From NCBI RefSeq assembly GCF_000150275.1, contig NW_002060947.1, positions 3,958,335 to 4,022,334 of the forward strand: a stretch of 64,000 nucleotides of DNA, read 5' to 3'. The notes under the pieces are model-generated. The model was not told the DNA's origin. It made no database searches and worked only from the letters and a program-made list of their open reading frames with translations. Position 1 is the first letter of the stretch; every line of letters begins with the position of its first letter. A program made the position numbers and the translations under genes. The stretch is from Trichoplax adhaerens (Eukaryota; Animalia; Placozoa). Shown one piece after another: positions 15,497 to 30,700 of this stretch.

Positions 15497-18400
15497 ATGT
15501 TGAAGAAGAGTAAAGAGGAAGATTTATTTGCTAAGCCGCAATCCATACCCTCTAAAAGGTAAATGTCTTCAACCAATTCTCAAAGCATTGACGATATACA
15601 GTAATACAGTGTAGAGCTTTCAAGTGATAGCCTACAGAGTTATGTAGTTGCATTCGTTTGATAGCGATATGTCTTTCGAGATGCAGCTAAAGTGCATAGA
15701 TCAATTTCCATGGTATGCTTACATTCAAGATTGATTTTAGAGTCCATGGATTGATGAATATCATGACTGATTGCTAGGACGGTAGTAGCAACATAAATTA
15801 TAGCGATAAACTGGATACTTGCAGGAGTAGTACAGTATCGGCTAGAGATTGTCTTTAGAGAAGCAGCTAAAGTGCTAGATCAATTTCCATGATATATTTA
15901 CATTCAAAATTGATTTTAGAGTTCATAGATTGATGGATGTCATGACTGATTGCTAGGACGGTAGTAGCAATGTAAACTATAGCGATAAACTGGATACTTG
16001 CAGAAGTAGTACAGTATCGGCTAGAGATTGTCTTTAGAGAAGCAGCTAAAGTACATAGATCAATTTCCATGATATGTTTACATTCAAAATTGATTTTAGA
16101 GTTCATAGATTGATGGATGTCATGACTGATTGTTAGGATAGTAATGGCAACGTAGATTATAGCTTTGAAATAAAATTGATCCTGTAAACTTGATACTTGC
16201 AGTAGTAATATACGTGTACATTGTACGCTCAGTACAGTATCGGCTGCAGATTGTCTTTAGAGAAGCAGCTAAAGTGCATAGATCAATTTCCATGATATGC
16301 TTACATTCAAAATTGATTTTAGAATTAATGGATTGATTGATGTCATGGCTGATTACTAGGACAGTAGTAGCAACGTAAATTATACCTATGAAATGAAATT
16401 GATTCTATAAGCTTGACACTTGCAATACTCTTAGTAATATAGGTACATGTCCGTTGTATAGTATTAGCTGTAGATTGATTGCGTGATGAGTAATGCATAC
16501 AATATAGCTATGTAGCAGCCTGTCAAGCTTCGTAGCTTGTTACTAAATATAATATTGTAATTTAATAAAAAAATAGATCAAGTGAACTGAGAAGGCAAAG
16601 TGTGGATGATGCACAATTACGTGGCAGGTTGTTCAAGAAATTTGAATCATTTTCTGATCGGATTCTCATCCAGTAATTACCGTAATTTCTATCAGCTATT
16701 GTTCTAACTCAACTATGAATCTGTATTTTCAATTTGTAGTATATTGATTACTGGCGCTGGTCGCTCAGTTAGCGTAGCTCATCTTAATAATTTGTCGAGG
16801 TAAGTTTATATTATACTGGAAAAATTCCGTATGAATTTTGCTTGTGTATTTGTGTATTTATATTGACTACATCTCATGATATTGCAGTGATCATACGTTA
16901 ACAGTATTTTAAGACAGCGTCAGACTAGGCTGCATGTAGTGTAGAGGTATAACTACAGTTGATAGTTCGGAAAATCGATAATATAAAGGCATACGAGCTA
17001 ATTGTACGTGCTCTAAGTGATAGTTTGTATGCTATTGAATTATTATGGATAAGCTCATGATATACCATATATGCATAGTTATACCGACGATATCTTATTA
17101 TGCTGCAATGATCAGCAATTTCGTAGTAAGTGGTTATGACGTGCAAGTCTACATACAGATGATTGATGGAGAAAAGTGCGAGTATAAAAGCAGTATTAGA
17201 TAATTTCAGATAGTACATTACTTCTAGCTGTTAGTTTATTATACCATACAGTATAAGTACATTTCAATGGCTAAATGATTTAGATGTGTTACGATATTAA
17301 TTAATACATTAACTCCTTGCTGGAATTAATTATCGTAAGAGTATTATATTAAATATGACGGATTTTAAACTCTAGAAATGTAGTATAGCTTCAGTGATGT
17401 TCATAATTGCCTTAGATTTCGTTTAAATTGATTGATGAGATATTGCAAAGCATGCAAGGTCACTTACTGTAAAATAGATTTTCAATAGTTTTGATCGGAT
17501 TCGGATACTTATAGTCTTGATAAACTGTAAATTATACGAGGCTGAATTAGGCTATGAGAAACATAGTTGATATTTGTTAATTAATCATTGTTTATCATAT
17601 TGATGCGAGCAAGTGTTAGTATCTATTTATGAACAATGCTATTCAAATACAGCCGCTATGTATAAGAATTTTTGTGTAACTTCATTGCTTAATAATATCT
17701 CTCATACATTAGCTGTATCAAACTGCACCGATGCTAGGTTAATCACATGTTCGTACGTTACTGTATTTTTTCATTGCATTTGCGTTGCACTGTATATCGA
17801 GTTTTTGCCGTAATATATATATATATATATATATATACAACTTCTATACTCGCACGCAGTACGTTTTAATACTTTGATGGCTTTTTTGATTTAACAAAGG
17901 CCATTAAGTGCTAGTAACTTGGCTGCCTTATCGGATTCTAACTTATCAGTTCAGGTCAGCTATACATGTGTTATATAACTAAAAATGCACGTGTCTCAAG
18001 ATTTATAGCAGACATTTGGACTGTTGCATTTATTTTAATTACATATGAATTCGTAATACGTTATGACTTGCGTAATTATTTGGATTCTTTATTCGGCGGT
18101 ATTTCAGAATACGTTGTAACTTAAGTAATTGTTTGGATTCTTTATTCAGCGATATTTCATGCCGTTACTGTTAGTTTGATACTATTGATGACATACATTA
18201 TAATTTTAGGCTGCTCTCTTACCAAGGAGTTATAACAAACCAAATACTAATACTTCACAAGCAAAGGTAGGAGTGTGAGTTAAATTTCTAGTATTTAATG
18301 AAAATGATTAAATTTTTAACTGAGAGATTATATTTCAGCAATCGTTTGTTTCCTTGGTCAGCTGGTGAGTGATAGAAAACTTACGACGAAAGTTGTTACC

Positions 18401-21400
18401 ATACTTTGTAGTCTTTTCCTTCTTACATGCAAAACCAATTTTTAATTACGATATTTAGTTTACGTTAACAATACAACGTTGTAGAGCTTGTTTATAAACT
18501 TAAAAAGTTAAAATAAAATGGGATAATATGATAGCAGCTATTATTTCTCAATATTACAGAAATTTCTATGTAAAGTATTAAGACTATCTTTGATAATATC
18601 TAACTCTTTTACTGGGTAGTTATTATGGGCAGCTGACTATTGGTTGTGAAAAATCGAACTGTAGGAATAAGTTTTGTCGCTCCAATGAAGGTAACATCAA
18701 CTCATTCGCTGCTAAATTGAATTAGAATTGTTCGTTACTCGTATATCGAAATCATGAAGTTTAAGTGGCATCCATATAAAACGCTTTTACCAATAAATAA
18801 TGGGTTGTACTTTCCAGAAATTATCGAGATAAATGTTGCCTTAGTTGGTAGCTGGAGGTCGTAGTCTTAGTAATTGTATTAGTTTTTACGTATTAATTTA
18901 GAAATTGATTGAAATTACTAGATTTTAAACTACTCAGTAGTGATATGGCAGCTATTGTAAGTATCGAATTAGCTTCACGACAGAGGTAAGATGCGTTCAG
19001 ATTTAAAAGATTTTATTCAAACGACAGATATCTTGATACGAAGTACTGTTGTGCTGTCAAAACATTAGCATAACTGTTCCTTTGTACTATTGCTTTAGGC
19101 TGTTTTTGTGTAGCGGTAGGAAATATGAAGAGGACTTAATTCCCGATGCAGTAATTAGAAATATCTTATTAAGCTTTATACTAGACTTGATTTCTGTCTT
19201 TAAGGTTATTTTTGATATAATTGGACTTTAAGGTATTTAAAGCAGCTGCAAACTCGTCTAGGCCCTTCTTACACGCTCTATTTTCAACATCTCCGTTTAA
19301 GTGCTTGTTCCGAAGTCCATATGATAGTAGAAACATTTCTCACGCAGAAAACCCTCAACGGATTGAAGAGCGGTAAACTTATACTGTACACTCGTATGAC
19401 TTTAGTAATTAAGTGTTGAATTGGGAGGCAGCTATGGAATAATTTATCATTTTTATGTCTAATTCTAATTATATACGGGCGTATATAAATGTAATAGCTG
19501 GAGCGATGATAAAAGAGGAACTGATAATGAACAATGCGATCAATCTAGTATTTCACTTTATGTACGTAATTTGCTTATGCAATATTTTATTTAATTAGTT
19601 ATAAAAATTGAATAGTCGAGATTTACAAATTGATCGGTATTGTTCATGCACATTTATAGGAGCTTTCTCTTACACATTTAACGTACGGTATGGTAAAGGT
19701 ATGATCAACTGATATACTGTATATGTATTATTGTAAAATTGATCATTAGAGTACTGATCTAATAATTCGTGTAATTGTTTAGGAAGCTATTGATAATTAT
19801 ACTGAATGTGGTGATCCTGCGTTTCTTGTTAATACCTTCAGAACAGTTTTTTCTTCCTCTGATGCTCTGAATGATAGCTTCTTAGTAAGCATCTTAATCT
19901 TGCTACTATTTATTTTGTAAGACGTTCTGAATTCCATAATGTTTCAAGTTATAATATTGTATAAATTTTTGTTTCATTAAACTTCTGTAGGTACAAGATA
20001 CGAAGAGTTCTGATAGCAGCAGAATGTTAAATATTGGTAATAAGATCTGTACTCTTTACTAGTAATAAATATTCGCTATTATTTTAGCTTATTTATGATC
20101 ATATTTGGATGTAACAGATCTCGACTTGAGATTAATGAGAAGAACTTTTGAAATTATTATGGATTTGAAACCCTTGGTTTGTTTTGATACTGCAGTACTG
20201 TATATTAATGTGCGCTCACTAATGTGCGGATTTAAAATTAATGGAAATCTTTGTTGCATTAATTCCTTTCCAATTTAGGAATCATTCAAACCCGTAATCA
20301 TCGATTCCATTGAAATATTGTTAACTCGATTAGAGAATTCTGTTGTCAATTCTGAAGAAATTAATCAGGTATGGGAATATGTTGAGCCGATGCGGTAATA
20401 ATATGCGTAAACGTACGAATTCTGATAAAGCTTACTAGTGGCTTTTTCTTATTGAATGTATAACCCAAGGGCACTCTGAAGGTTATAGAGCAAAGTATCT
20501 AATCTTAATTTTATCTTAGTTTATAATTCTTCTAGAATGCCCATTACTAATGGGTCCACAAGGACAAGATTTGTTAGATAAGCTCTGCAAAATTTTAGCA
20601 AATTCAGATAGCACTGTAAAGGACGTAAGGGCCTATACGAGTCGTAATTAGTGTCTGCATAATATACTGCAATAGTTGTTACGGTAATATTTGCCGTCGA
20701 TTAAGGTTTGATACGTACTATTTAGGTATTCATTACAAAATTGATAAAGTATGATCAACTTGGATTTAAGCGCATCCTGAAATTGCTTCTCGATCATTTA
20801 AGCGCTGTTGTACATACTAAGCAAAGGTAAGTGTCCAATATTAGTGGTAGACGTATGGCATGTATTAAGATTTATGTAAGTGCTTATTATTTGATAGGAC
20901 TAATTCTCATAACATACTTATAGTGGAACTACTTGGAGTTTTACACTCAATTAATATGAAGGTATAGTAGAACCAGAACTGTATATGACTAGAGCTTCAT
21001 CTTTCTCTACGAATATAATCATATATGCCCGGAACAACAAAATTTTATAGACTACGTATGACTTATTTAATACAAACAAATTATTGATGTTGATCCTCTA
21101 GGCGCATTTCGTATCACTAAGTGAATTTTACAGTGACGATCTTTCACGGTATGTTAACAAATGTATAAATACATTAGTTATATTGTAGAAGCTAAAGAGT
21201 GAGAATTTTAATTTTTATCATGTGTTATGGATGTTTGTATGGATGAACGTTGAATAGTAAAATCGATTTTAAAGAAGAGCATCATCATTGGATAACTTCA
21301 AGAGGAAGTGGACAGTACGTAACAATATTACGGTGATGCTGTAGAGGAGTTGTATACATAATGTTTTTTTACACGCTAATGCAGGAATAGTCTGATAGCT

Positions 21401-24217
21401 TCACCAAAAGCTACTAAATGCTTATTTGATTATCCTTTCCTTTTCAACCCAGCTGTAAGTAGCATATATTTTACTTATTTAGAATTTACTTTTCGAATTT
21501 TATTTCTAAATACTTAATAAAATTAGAAATTTGTATCCCTGAAGATTTATTCATCTCGAAATATTTAGGCGAAAGTAAATATACTACATTTAGATGCCAT
21601 GCTACAGATGAAAGAGGAATATCAGGATGCTTTCATTTATCAAGCTGTAATTTGATATACTACTTTTATATGTAATATAGCTAAGTTTGATATTGAGGTA
21701 AATTTTTCTGAATTTTATTAATGTATAGGAAATTCATCAAGCACAAATGATTCTACAAGGGAGCGAGAGGTTAGAGGGTTCGAATGCTTGCTATTTTAAT
21801 AAAATAGTGCTCTGATAAATTTGACATTTCACTTAGAATATAGAAAGTATCAATTTCTTGTAATTTAAGTTTTAAACATATCATATTGTGACTGCATAGG
21901 GAAAGAGTTGTTGAAGATTCACTACATTCTATAATGTGCCCTTTTCTGGTCCTAGAAGTCAGGCGTGACTATTTAATAGAGGTGCGATAATAGATTGAGT
22001 CATTTATTGATTCTCCATTTCTGAGATAATAACTTGATTGTTAGGATACAATGCAACAAATTCGATCGAAGGAAAGTGATTTAAAAAAGCCACTCAAGAT
22101 AAAATACGTTGGTGGAGGAGAGCAAGTACATTAATAACTTATACTTAAGAAGTACTGACTTAATACTATCTCTTTACCAACATAATAATTTCCTAAATCT
22201 GATTTTGGCCTAGGGATTAGATATGGGAGGATTGCAAAAGGAATTTTTTCATTTAATTGTAGACTGTATTTTTGACCCCAGCTATGGCATGTTTACATAT
22301 ATTGAAGAGTCGAGAAAATTTTGGATAGACAGTAAGTTATGTAGCTAATTCAAATAGCTACTACGAATAATTCTCATAATTATCATTGCAACGATGTTAG
22401 GCGCCTCGTTAGAATCCGAAAGGGAGTTTGAACTGGTCGGGATAATTTTAGGTAACAGAATTCTACTTTCTAGGATTTGGGAAATTTGTGATCTTATCTA
22501 GAATATTGTCTCTATCAATACAAATAGTAAATCGTTAGTTATTAACTTATGCCGCATGAAACATTCTAATTATAACATAGGGCTAGCAATCTATAATGGT
22601 GTCATCTTGGATATTCATTTTCCTCAATCTATATACAAGAAATTACAAGGGGAACAATTACATTTAAAGGATCTTATTGATGTGCAAGTATGTTGATAAA
22701 ATGTAAAATTTTATAGTCTGTGATTTTTGAAATAAATTTTTATGTTACTATGTTGGTATACATTAGCCAACACTTGGTGCCAGTCTTCAAGAATTACTGG
22801 AATATGACGGGGATGTAGAAGATATTTTTTGCTTTACTTTTGAGGTGGATATTTAGTGATTAAGGTCTAGATTTCAGGTGACTGAGAGAAGTTGCTAAAT
22901 TAGCTTTTCTATTGAATTTATCGTGCAGATATCTTATATGTCTCTTGGACGTATGGTAGATGTTGAATTAAAGCCACGTGGATCTCTGATACCGGTAACT
23001 AATGAGGTAATGTCATTTTTAGACTAAGTCTGGATTACATCAACATGTTACGCTTAGACAAAACAGACGGTAGCAAAATAAATTATGTTACTGATTACCA
23101 TTAATGTCACGCTTTTTTCACTGATAGAATCGAGAGGAGTTCGTTAATTTATATATTCAACATTTGTTAGTAAATAGCATTGAAAAACAGTTTCAGGTAA
23201 GTTATTTGGATTTCCGATTGATAGCAATACAGCAAAAATCGTGCTGCTCTCATATTTGTGCTATTCTTCAGCCATTCTCTCGTGGATTTCACAAAGTTTG
23301 TGGGGGAGATACGCTTACTCTATTTCGGGCTGAAGAATTAGATCTAGTTATTTGTGGAAGTAACGAATTGGTTTGTTAGATATCAAACATTGTTATAATA
23401 TATTTAGGATGATTAAAGAAATTGTTACTTAAAGATACTAAAATATTCAATGTGACTTCTTTATACTCCAGGATTTTGACAGTCTTGAACGCACTGCAAA
23501 TTACGATGGTTATACATGGTGAATTTTAATTTTACTGCAGTATTCGTAATCTAAAAGTAGTTACCATTGTGTTCTTCTATTGTAAAATGTAACGACTATT
23601 TTACAACATGTATGACATTCTACGTTCGCGCCTGATGTTACTTACGTACTCTTAATATTGCGAAATTAGCAATGATTCGTTATTTCATTGCTCCTTATCT
23701 AATTTTATGTATATCCTTATCATCACCAGCACAAGTGTAATAATAGTGCATTTTTGGGAATTAGTTCACGCCATGAATGAGAAGCATAAGAAATTGTTAC
23801 TGATGTTTGTAACTGGCAGCGATAGGGTACGACCATTATCGGTGTCCTAACTTCAGTATAGTAAGATATTTTGGTTATTGTGAAAACAATTTCGAAATTT
23901 TTAGGCTCCTCTTAAAGGCCTGGGAAATCTTAAAATTATTATTCAGCGAAATGGCGGTGACTCAAATCGGTACTATAGCTATTACAATTTTCTCGTCTGC
24001 ATACAATTTAGCTTAAATTATTTTATCTTATAATATATACTTTTAAATTTGGGATTGGTACCAATTACTAACATGAACTTCTGTCCGTTCTTTTAGACTA
24101 CCTACCGCTATGACCTGCTTTAACAGACTATTACTGCCAGATTATAAGAATAAAAATAAATTAGAAAAGTTACTGCTATTAGCAATCGAAAACGGTAAAG
24201 GCTTCGGATTGACATGA
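15497..24217 (+). CDS. UBE3A/E6AP-like HECT E3 ubiquitin ligase (AZUL zinc finger + HECT), multi-exon
   Basis: Spliced translation gives an AZUL motif [49 protein letters not shown] (exon 18620-18690 onward) and a UBE3A-like segment [16 protein letters not shown] motifs follow: [75 protein letters not shown] and [17 protein letters not shown]...GFGLT* (last exon 24097-24217). The 5' exons 15497-15558, 16577-16672, 16740-16799, 16905-16935, 18210-18266 and 18339-18364 are phase-consistent but less certain, because I see no recognisable homology there. Confidence 0.88.
15650..16470. repeat. Intronic tandem repeat, about 180-bp unit, about 4 copies (one expanded to about 223 bp)
   Basis: The anchor GCAGCTAAAGT..ATAGATCAATTTCCAT recurs at 15683, 15863, 16042 and 16265, inside predicted intron 1 of the HECT gene. 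Confidence 0.92.
17812..17836. repeat. (AT)n microsatellite
   Basis: Run of about 12 AT dinucleotides. Confidence 0.9.
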
Positions 24218-24797
24218 TTAAAAACTAGTATAAACAACTATTAATTTAACTTATTTCTGTGTCAAATTGTAAATCTCCTGTCAGTTATACTGTCATCTGT
24301 TACTGTATGTAAGTAGATTGTTTGAGATATTAAAAAATGAAAAACGATTTTATTTTTATCCGCTCTCAATGATTCAATCTGTAATTATGTCATTACTGAG
24401 TAAATATAGATGTCTCAACTTCTTAACGAACGACAGTATTTTCTGCGTAGTATGGAAATAAAAAGTAAAGAACATATACTTGATCTAGAAAGGTTTAACG
24501 GTCTATCAAAAACTGTGTAATAGTAACTCGTAAATTCACACATAAGAAAGAGATTTCGTAACGTGTGGAATTGAAAATATAAACCTATTTTTCCCGTCTT
24601 GGTCATATATACTATAATTCTGAATATGAGATAACATGCTATTTTATCCGAATTAAATCGAGATTTATGATGATTTAATAATTGATCAATCTACAGCTGC
24701 CGTTGAGGAAAAGTATTGCTGATGTCTTGTTAGTGAAAGATAGCATTGTTTGTGGGTGGCAGTAATTAAAATGACTTGCTCAGAAATATAGATCGTA

Positions 24798-27700
24798 TTA
24801 TCTTCTTCGTGATCCTCCCTAAACAATAAATGAAAGTAGTATTAGAGACAAAGAGAAATTGAAATTCGTGTTAACAAGTACTCAGATAACGATCAGGCAG
24901 AATTTATGTAACTTCTGATAATCACGACAATAGTGCATAGAAGTTTGAAAATTGGTGAACCTTTAGATTTTTTAAGGCTTCGATTTCCTCTTGTTTTTTA
25001 GTCAGTTTATCATTCATATTGCAAAGGTGCTCGCTCATCATGCTTAATTGGCTATCGTAGCTACGAGTTGTTGTTTGTAGTTCATCCTAACACGAAATTT
25101 AAGGACAGATGTTACACAAAATCAGTGAAGTGATGAGGTATAGCGACATGATTTTTATAAAGTAGCTGGTACCCACGACGTCTTAGCTTAAATGTCGTCG
25201 TGGATATGATTATTTTATTTATTCTTACCTTTAATGACGAGATAATAGTCTGTGCGTTTTCTAGGTCTAGGTTTAATTTTTGTTTAAATTTCTCGGATAG
25301 TTCAAGACGTTTTTCTAGTACTCGACTCTAATATCGTAATAATTTTTAATGAAAAAAAATTTAAGGCATAAGCAGTGTTTTCCTTATAAAGAGATACTTG
25401 GAGACGGTTTTTTATATCTAGTAAGTTTTTACCTCGGAGAAAAAAGACGTTGCTTTACTATCAATCGCTTGAAGCTGGTAGCGTTTCAGTTAAATATTTA
25501 GCATAGGATAGTCACGATGCAGTTGATTAGTCAATAATTAAATATGCTTACATTAACATTTCATAATTCTTGCTGAATAATAAGTGCTTTAAGCATATAC
25601 CTTAGCATTAAGTTCCATTATTCTCGCAGAGTAATAATTCTTGATCAAATTTTCTCGGTTGCTTTCAATATCTTCATTCTATCAAAGGAGATCAAGAATA
25701 TAAGAGACCTTGAAATAGTTTCTGAACTTCAGACCTAGTAATATTGTTAGTAACTTACTCCTTCATCGCTTAAGAAATCGGTAACATCATTTACAGTTCC
25801 TAACTAAAGCGGGATATAGTACATTCGGATAATTATAAACATGAAGTGGCTTAATGATAACATACAAAATGAATTCAGGCTATAATAAAATTACAACTTG
25901 ATTACTAACATTTGTGGAAGGTTGTGTAACATCAATTAAATGTTGACTTGGCATTGCCATCGTAGGAACAGCTAAGCCTTGAATTAATGCAGTGTCTGTG
26001 GAAGGCTAATAAAAGAAAAATCATTTTGCATGCGTTATTTTATGAACCGGTCGCGTGAAAATGATGAAAAAGGCAATTTGTAGTTAAGTATAGATTCCAC
26101 GAATACCACGGTATACCTTATCGATTCCATTCTCGATCACGCTATCAGAATTTTGAGGATTTTGTCTTAAAGTAGTATTTTCTTGCTGTAGATGTGCCAG
26201 TTTCTGGTAAATAAAATTACGGAAAAAACATTTTGATAAGTATTTATTGTTCATAATTTATATGAATTATTTTCATCTTTATAGTTATCGCGTAAGTTTT
26301 CTAGGTAACTTATTACCTGTTGCATTTTTTCAAATTTAACTTTACTTAATTGGTATTCTAACATCCAATGTTCTTTTTCCTAAGTATTGTTTATATTTTT
26401 AATTTCTTATTTTCTTATTAACGAATTAAACTAATTGCAGCCATATTTCCTTACTTTCTCTAACTGAGTGATACGCTCCCTTTTACCAGCAACCTAAACA
26501 TTTTAAAGATAATAGAAAGCATAGTTTATCGACTTATAATTTTACAATTACCACAAATTAAATCATTAAAATAAGCAATACAGATTGTAATTTTCGAATG
26601 AAATACCTGTTGACTGAGGGTCTCAGTATTCTCGGTCGAACTCTGAACCTTTTTGTAGTTTTCTATTGCTACTGCGTACGGTATTGATTCAGGGAGCGGC
26701 TATTTAAAAATTTTAAAATATGTTGATTAAAATTACTATTAATCAATGAATTGCTAAATTCTTAAATGGTTATACAGTCTCAGAATCGCTTGTTGATACT
26801 TAGTGAGACCTTTGCTAACGTCGTCATATAGTTGACTGCTCGTCTTCTAAAAGATGAAACGGTGTCGGAAGCTACCCCCAACTGAAATGCATAGAGACTT
26901 TTAGTTAGCAAGTGATTTACTACGATTAGAAATGAATCCTATTTGATCTTACCTTACTATCGCTATTTCGAAGACGCGATATGAAGAATGTTAAATTATT
27001 TCCTATAAATCTAGAAAGCTGGAAGTATATTTAACGCAAAAGCCAGTACTTCACATTAGTTCCAAAGTTTAAATTAAGTTGCTAGTCTTTCATAAAATAG
27101 GAGCCATAAATTGCAACAGCGATCAAGCAATAAATATTGATTTACCTTGTCTGCGGTAGATATAAAAGCATCAACAGATGACACTATGCAGTCATTAGTT
27201 ACTTTAAGACCCTAAAGGAGAGATTATTTAAGAATGGAGAGGAAACTTACAGGTATAATAGACAGTTCATAAAATAGTTAACATTATTTATTTTTAATGT
27301 TATCAAACCTCCGACATCCAAGTTAGCATTTGCTCTTCAACAGTTTTCGACTTGTACCTTCCCATCATGTCTACATCACATAATAACGGTTACAATCCTT
27401 ACGTAATTTAACGTAAACGAAAACTTTACAAATTTACCTTTAGCACATTTCTGTATGCTATTTAATGAAGTAACGATATGTTTTAGCACAGCTTCTTGAC
27501 TTGAAAGAGGGTAATCATGTGTCCTATAACCTTTAAATTGTAAAGTTTAGTAGTTTTGTTAGCCTTCGTATCCATAATTTCGAACGATATCACGAGTATA
27601 AACAGTATTTCTTACTGATGTTGCCTAATATCTGTACATAGTTATCCAATTTTATAAAGGCGACGCTAAAATAGTGAAACGCATCAAGGAATTCTTTGTT

Positions 27701-30700
27701 TTTCCGTTGAAGAGAGCTTGGATTGGAAAAATGTTCATTCACAGCATTTGAGCTAAAGGTCATTTTTAAGATAGAGTGGAATTTAATACGAATATAAATT
27801 CGTATTATTATAGACATCCAACCGAGTAATTCTTATGAAATTAGGAGAAAATTATCTAGTAGAATTTATCTTACCATAGCTTTTGATATGGTAGTAATCT
27901 ACTGAGATAGGTAACAAAGCTGTGAAATGCTTGACTTACTTCGCGTAAGCCGAGGACGCCTTCCTAGTTATTTAAAAAGGATAGTTAGATCCGTGGAATA
28001 CTTCATAACGAGTTAAAGGAGTTGAATATCATAGAATAGTTCTAACTAGTGTAACTTGTGGGTTGTCTCCAATCTTTTGATACATAATCGCAAAAGCTTG
28101 TTCACATGGATTTAAATATGAGCTATTCTCTTGTAGTTGCGATTTCATCTATGATTTTTTTAATATATTTCGAGCATAAGATTTTTAAGAATGATAGTTG
28201 CAAGATATACAAACAGTATAATCAACCAAATTCATGTGTGGCAACCTTATTATGAATAGCAGAGATTATAGAGTTTACGGCGAAATTTTCAGATATGGCT
28301 GTACAATGCTGCATAGTATTTTGTTAATTCAAAAATTGCGTCAGTATTATCAAATGATTAGTAATACAGAATGAGATGTAGTTATTACGCAAATAATAGT
28401 TGCAACGCTACCTGGAGCATATATGTTAGCCAAGAGCTTAAAGTCTTGAAAAAGTCTCCAACTAAGGTATTTGCTTCACCAAGAAGAGCTTTAGCTTTTA
28501 GCTTTAAGGAAAGATCATTAATTATATCGTTATATAGAGCTTATCGCATACTCACTATCTCATTTAATTATAATTATTGAAAGTTAACAACTTCTTTAAT
28601 AAAATTGCTAATGTGTGTGATATAATCTTACTCCATCGCTATGATCGTGCGTTGGTACGTCGAGCGCTATGAACTCCTTATTTCCTAAAATGCAAGAACA
28701 CTACAGTAAAAATCTACTATTTTTCGCTTAATACAAGTGAGCATAAATATTTTATTTAATGTGCTACATGAAGGGTAAGGATTACCTTTATCGTTAAACA
28801 TATTATCATTAAACCCAACAGTGTCTGCAGGAAAAGATACAGTAGTTATTTATCAGTAACATAGTGTAGTATTACGATGCACAAATTGTGACTGAAGTAC
28901 CTGCTACGTTTGCCCGCTCAAGTCTTATTGAGAGCAATTGTCTTTGACTAGTCACGATAATATATTAGATATGGGATTAGTTTAACTTCTCTTTTATGTA
29001 TCAACGAGAATCTGTGTGATTATTACCTGCTATCCAGCTTCATTTTTTGTTCTTCTAAGTTATTTTGCAAAGTTTGGACCTTCAGCTAAGATTTAAATAA
29101 ATACAGGGAATTAGGGAATGAAATTTAAATCGATTTTTAAATTTTGATTGTTGCTAATTTTAATACCTCGAGCGCAGCATTTTCTCGTCGTGTAGTTCCT
29201 AGTTGCTCTGCTGTAAATGAGGAGGCTTGAGCACTAATTTTGATACATAAAATGGAGGTTAGCCGATAAAAATTCCGTAAAACTAAAAAGAAATCTGTTT
29301 TCAGGTGATAATCACGCTACAAGGAAGGAAAGAGTACCTTTCAAGTTCAACAATTCTATCTTGCAAGGATTGTATTAAACGTTGATATTCCTGGTCACTT
29401 AGGTTACGATCTTCTTCGGAATTAGTTTTCTCTTGCGATTGTATCCTAAGGCGATAACGCTTCAAGTTATTACAATAGAAAGATTGGTGACTAAGCACTT
29501 TACTTTGTCAAATAGCAAGATTATAAGCAAATAATTTTAGAAATTTTTGCTTGACGCACTCCTCTAACTGTATAATTCGGCCTTGCAAAGACCTAATAAT
29601 TTGTTCATGTCCATCAGATGATGAAGACTTGTCATTTAGTGCACTATATAAAATATTACATTATTGTCATTAATACATATATATTTATAGCAGTATAATC
29701 TATTGGATTACTTAAGAACCGTTAGTATGAGATTCCGCTAAAAATAAACCTTTCTAGTTCCGTGATACGATCTTGCATGGATTTGATTATAATTTCTTGA
29801 TCATCTTTTTCACTTTGATTATTTACAGTATGTTGCCTAATGTTTTAAAGTTTTAGAGAATCTTACTTATGTCGTAAATAAGATTTGTTTACGCTAGATA
29901 AGAGTATTAATTTACTGTTCGTTTGCAGTCAATCGTTGCTGCAGCGAGTCGATAGTATTCTGATATTGATCTGCCGCCTCTTTAGCTCTTATTTCAACAA
30001 AATTCATTTCTCTTCTGTATCGCCTACATTAAAATTGTTGGTAATTATGATAATAATTTATAGTCATAATTCCTGTGTTGAGTACAAGAACAGGTTACGT
30101 AAACTTACTCTTCCAGATCATTATTGGCACTCTTTAAGGTTGATATCAACTTTTGATAGTGGGAAATATCTTGTTGCTTACTATTCTGTACACTGAAGGT
30201 GAAATAGCTTTGTCATTAATCGTATTTCTTCACCTACAGATATCGGTATTTTTTGTTAATAAATGGGTAACTCGCCTTTCCATTTCTAATTGCTTGATTC
30301 TCTGTTGTAGAGTATTAATAACGGATTGATAATCTTCCGGTTGTTGATTTTGGTTGATCGTACTGCTAGATACGGAAAAAAATTAAACTATATTATAAGT
30401 CTAATTGTTAGATAATTTGTTTTCGCATAGCAAATGGACGTCTCTAACGGATTATAGCAGTCATAACACAGTATTATTACTATTATGATCAGCTACTATA
30501 ATGATTAGCACCAAGATCTTACCTTTCAAGGTTAACAATTTTATCTTGTAATTCTTGAATAGTTTTAAGGTGTTTTTCATTTAGTTGTCTGGTTAGGGAT
30601 TCCTGAAATTCCCTTTCGGTAATGACTTTCCTATATAGCATAAATATAATGTAACGTAGCCAATTAGTTAATGCCACTAGAGTTGTAATAACTCAAGAAT

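Noticed and set aside
15650-16470. Regularly spaced repeats here and at 60037-60540 as a CRISPR-like array
   Set aside because: Whole units are repeated with no unique spacers, the context is eukaryotic, and there are no cas genes.
23519-23729. U12-type intron suggested by a TCCTTATC branch-like sequence near the acceptor
   Set aside because: The donor is GTGAAT, not [GA]TATCCT, so a normal U2 intron explains it.
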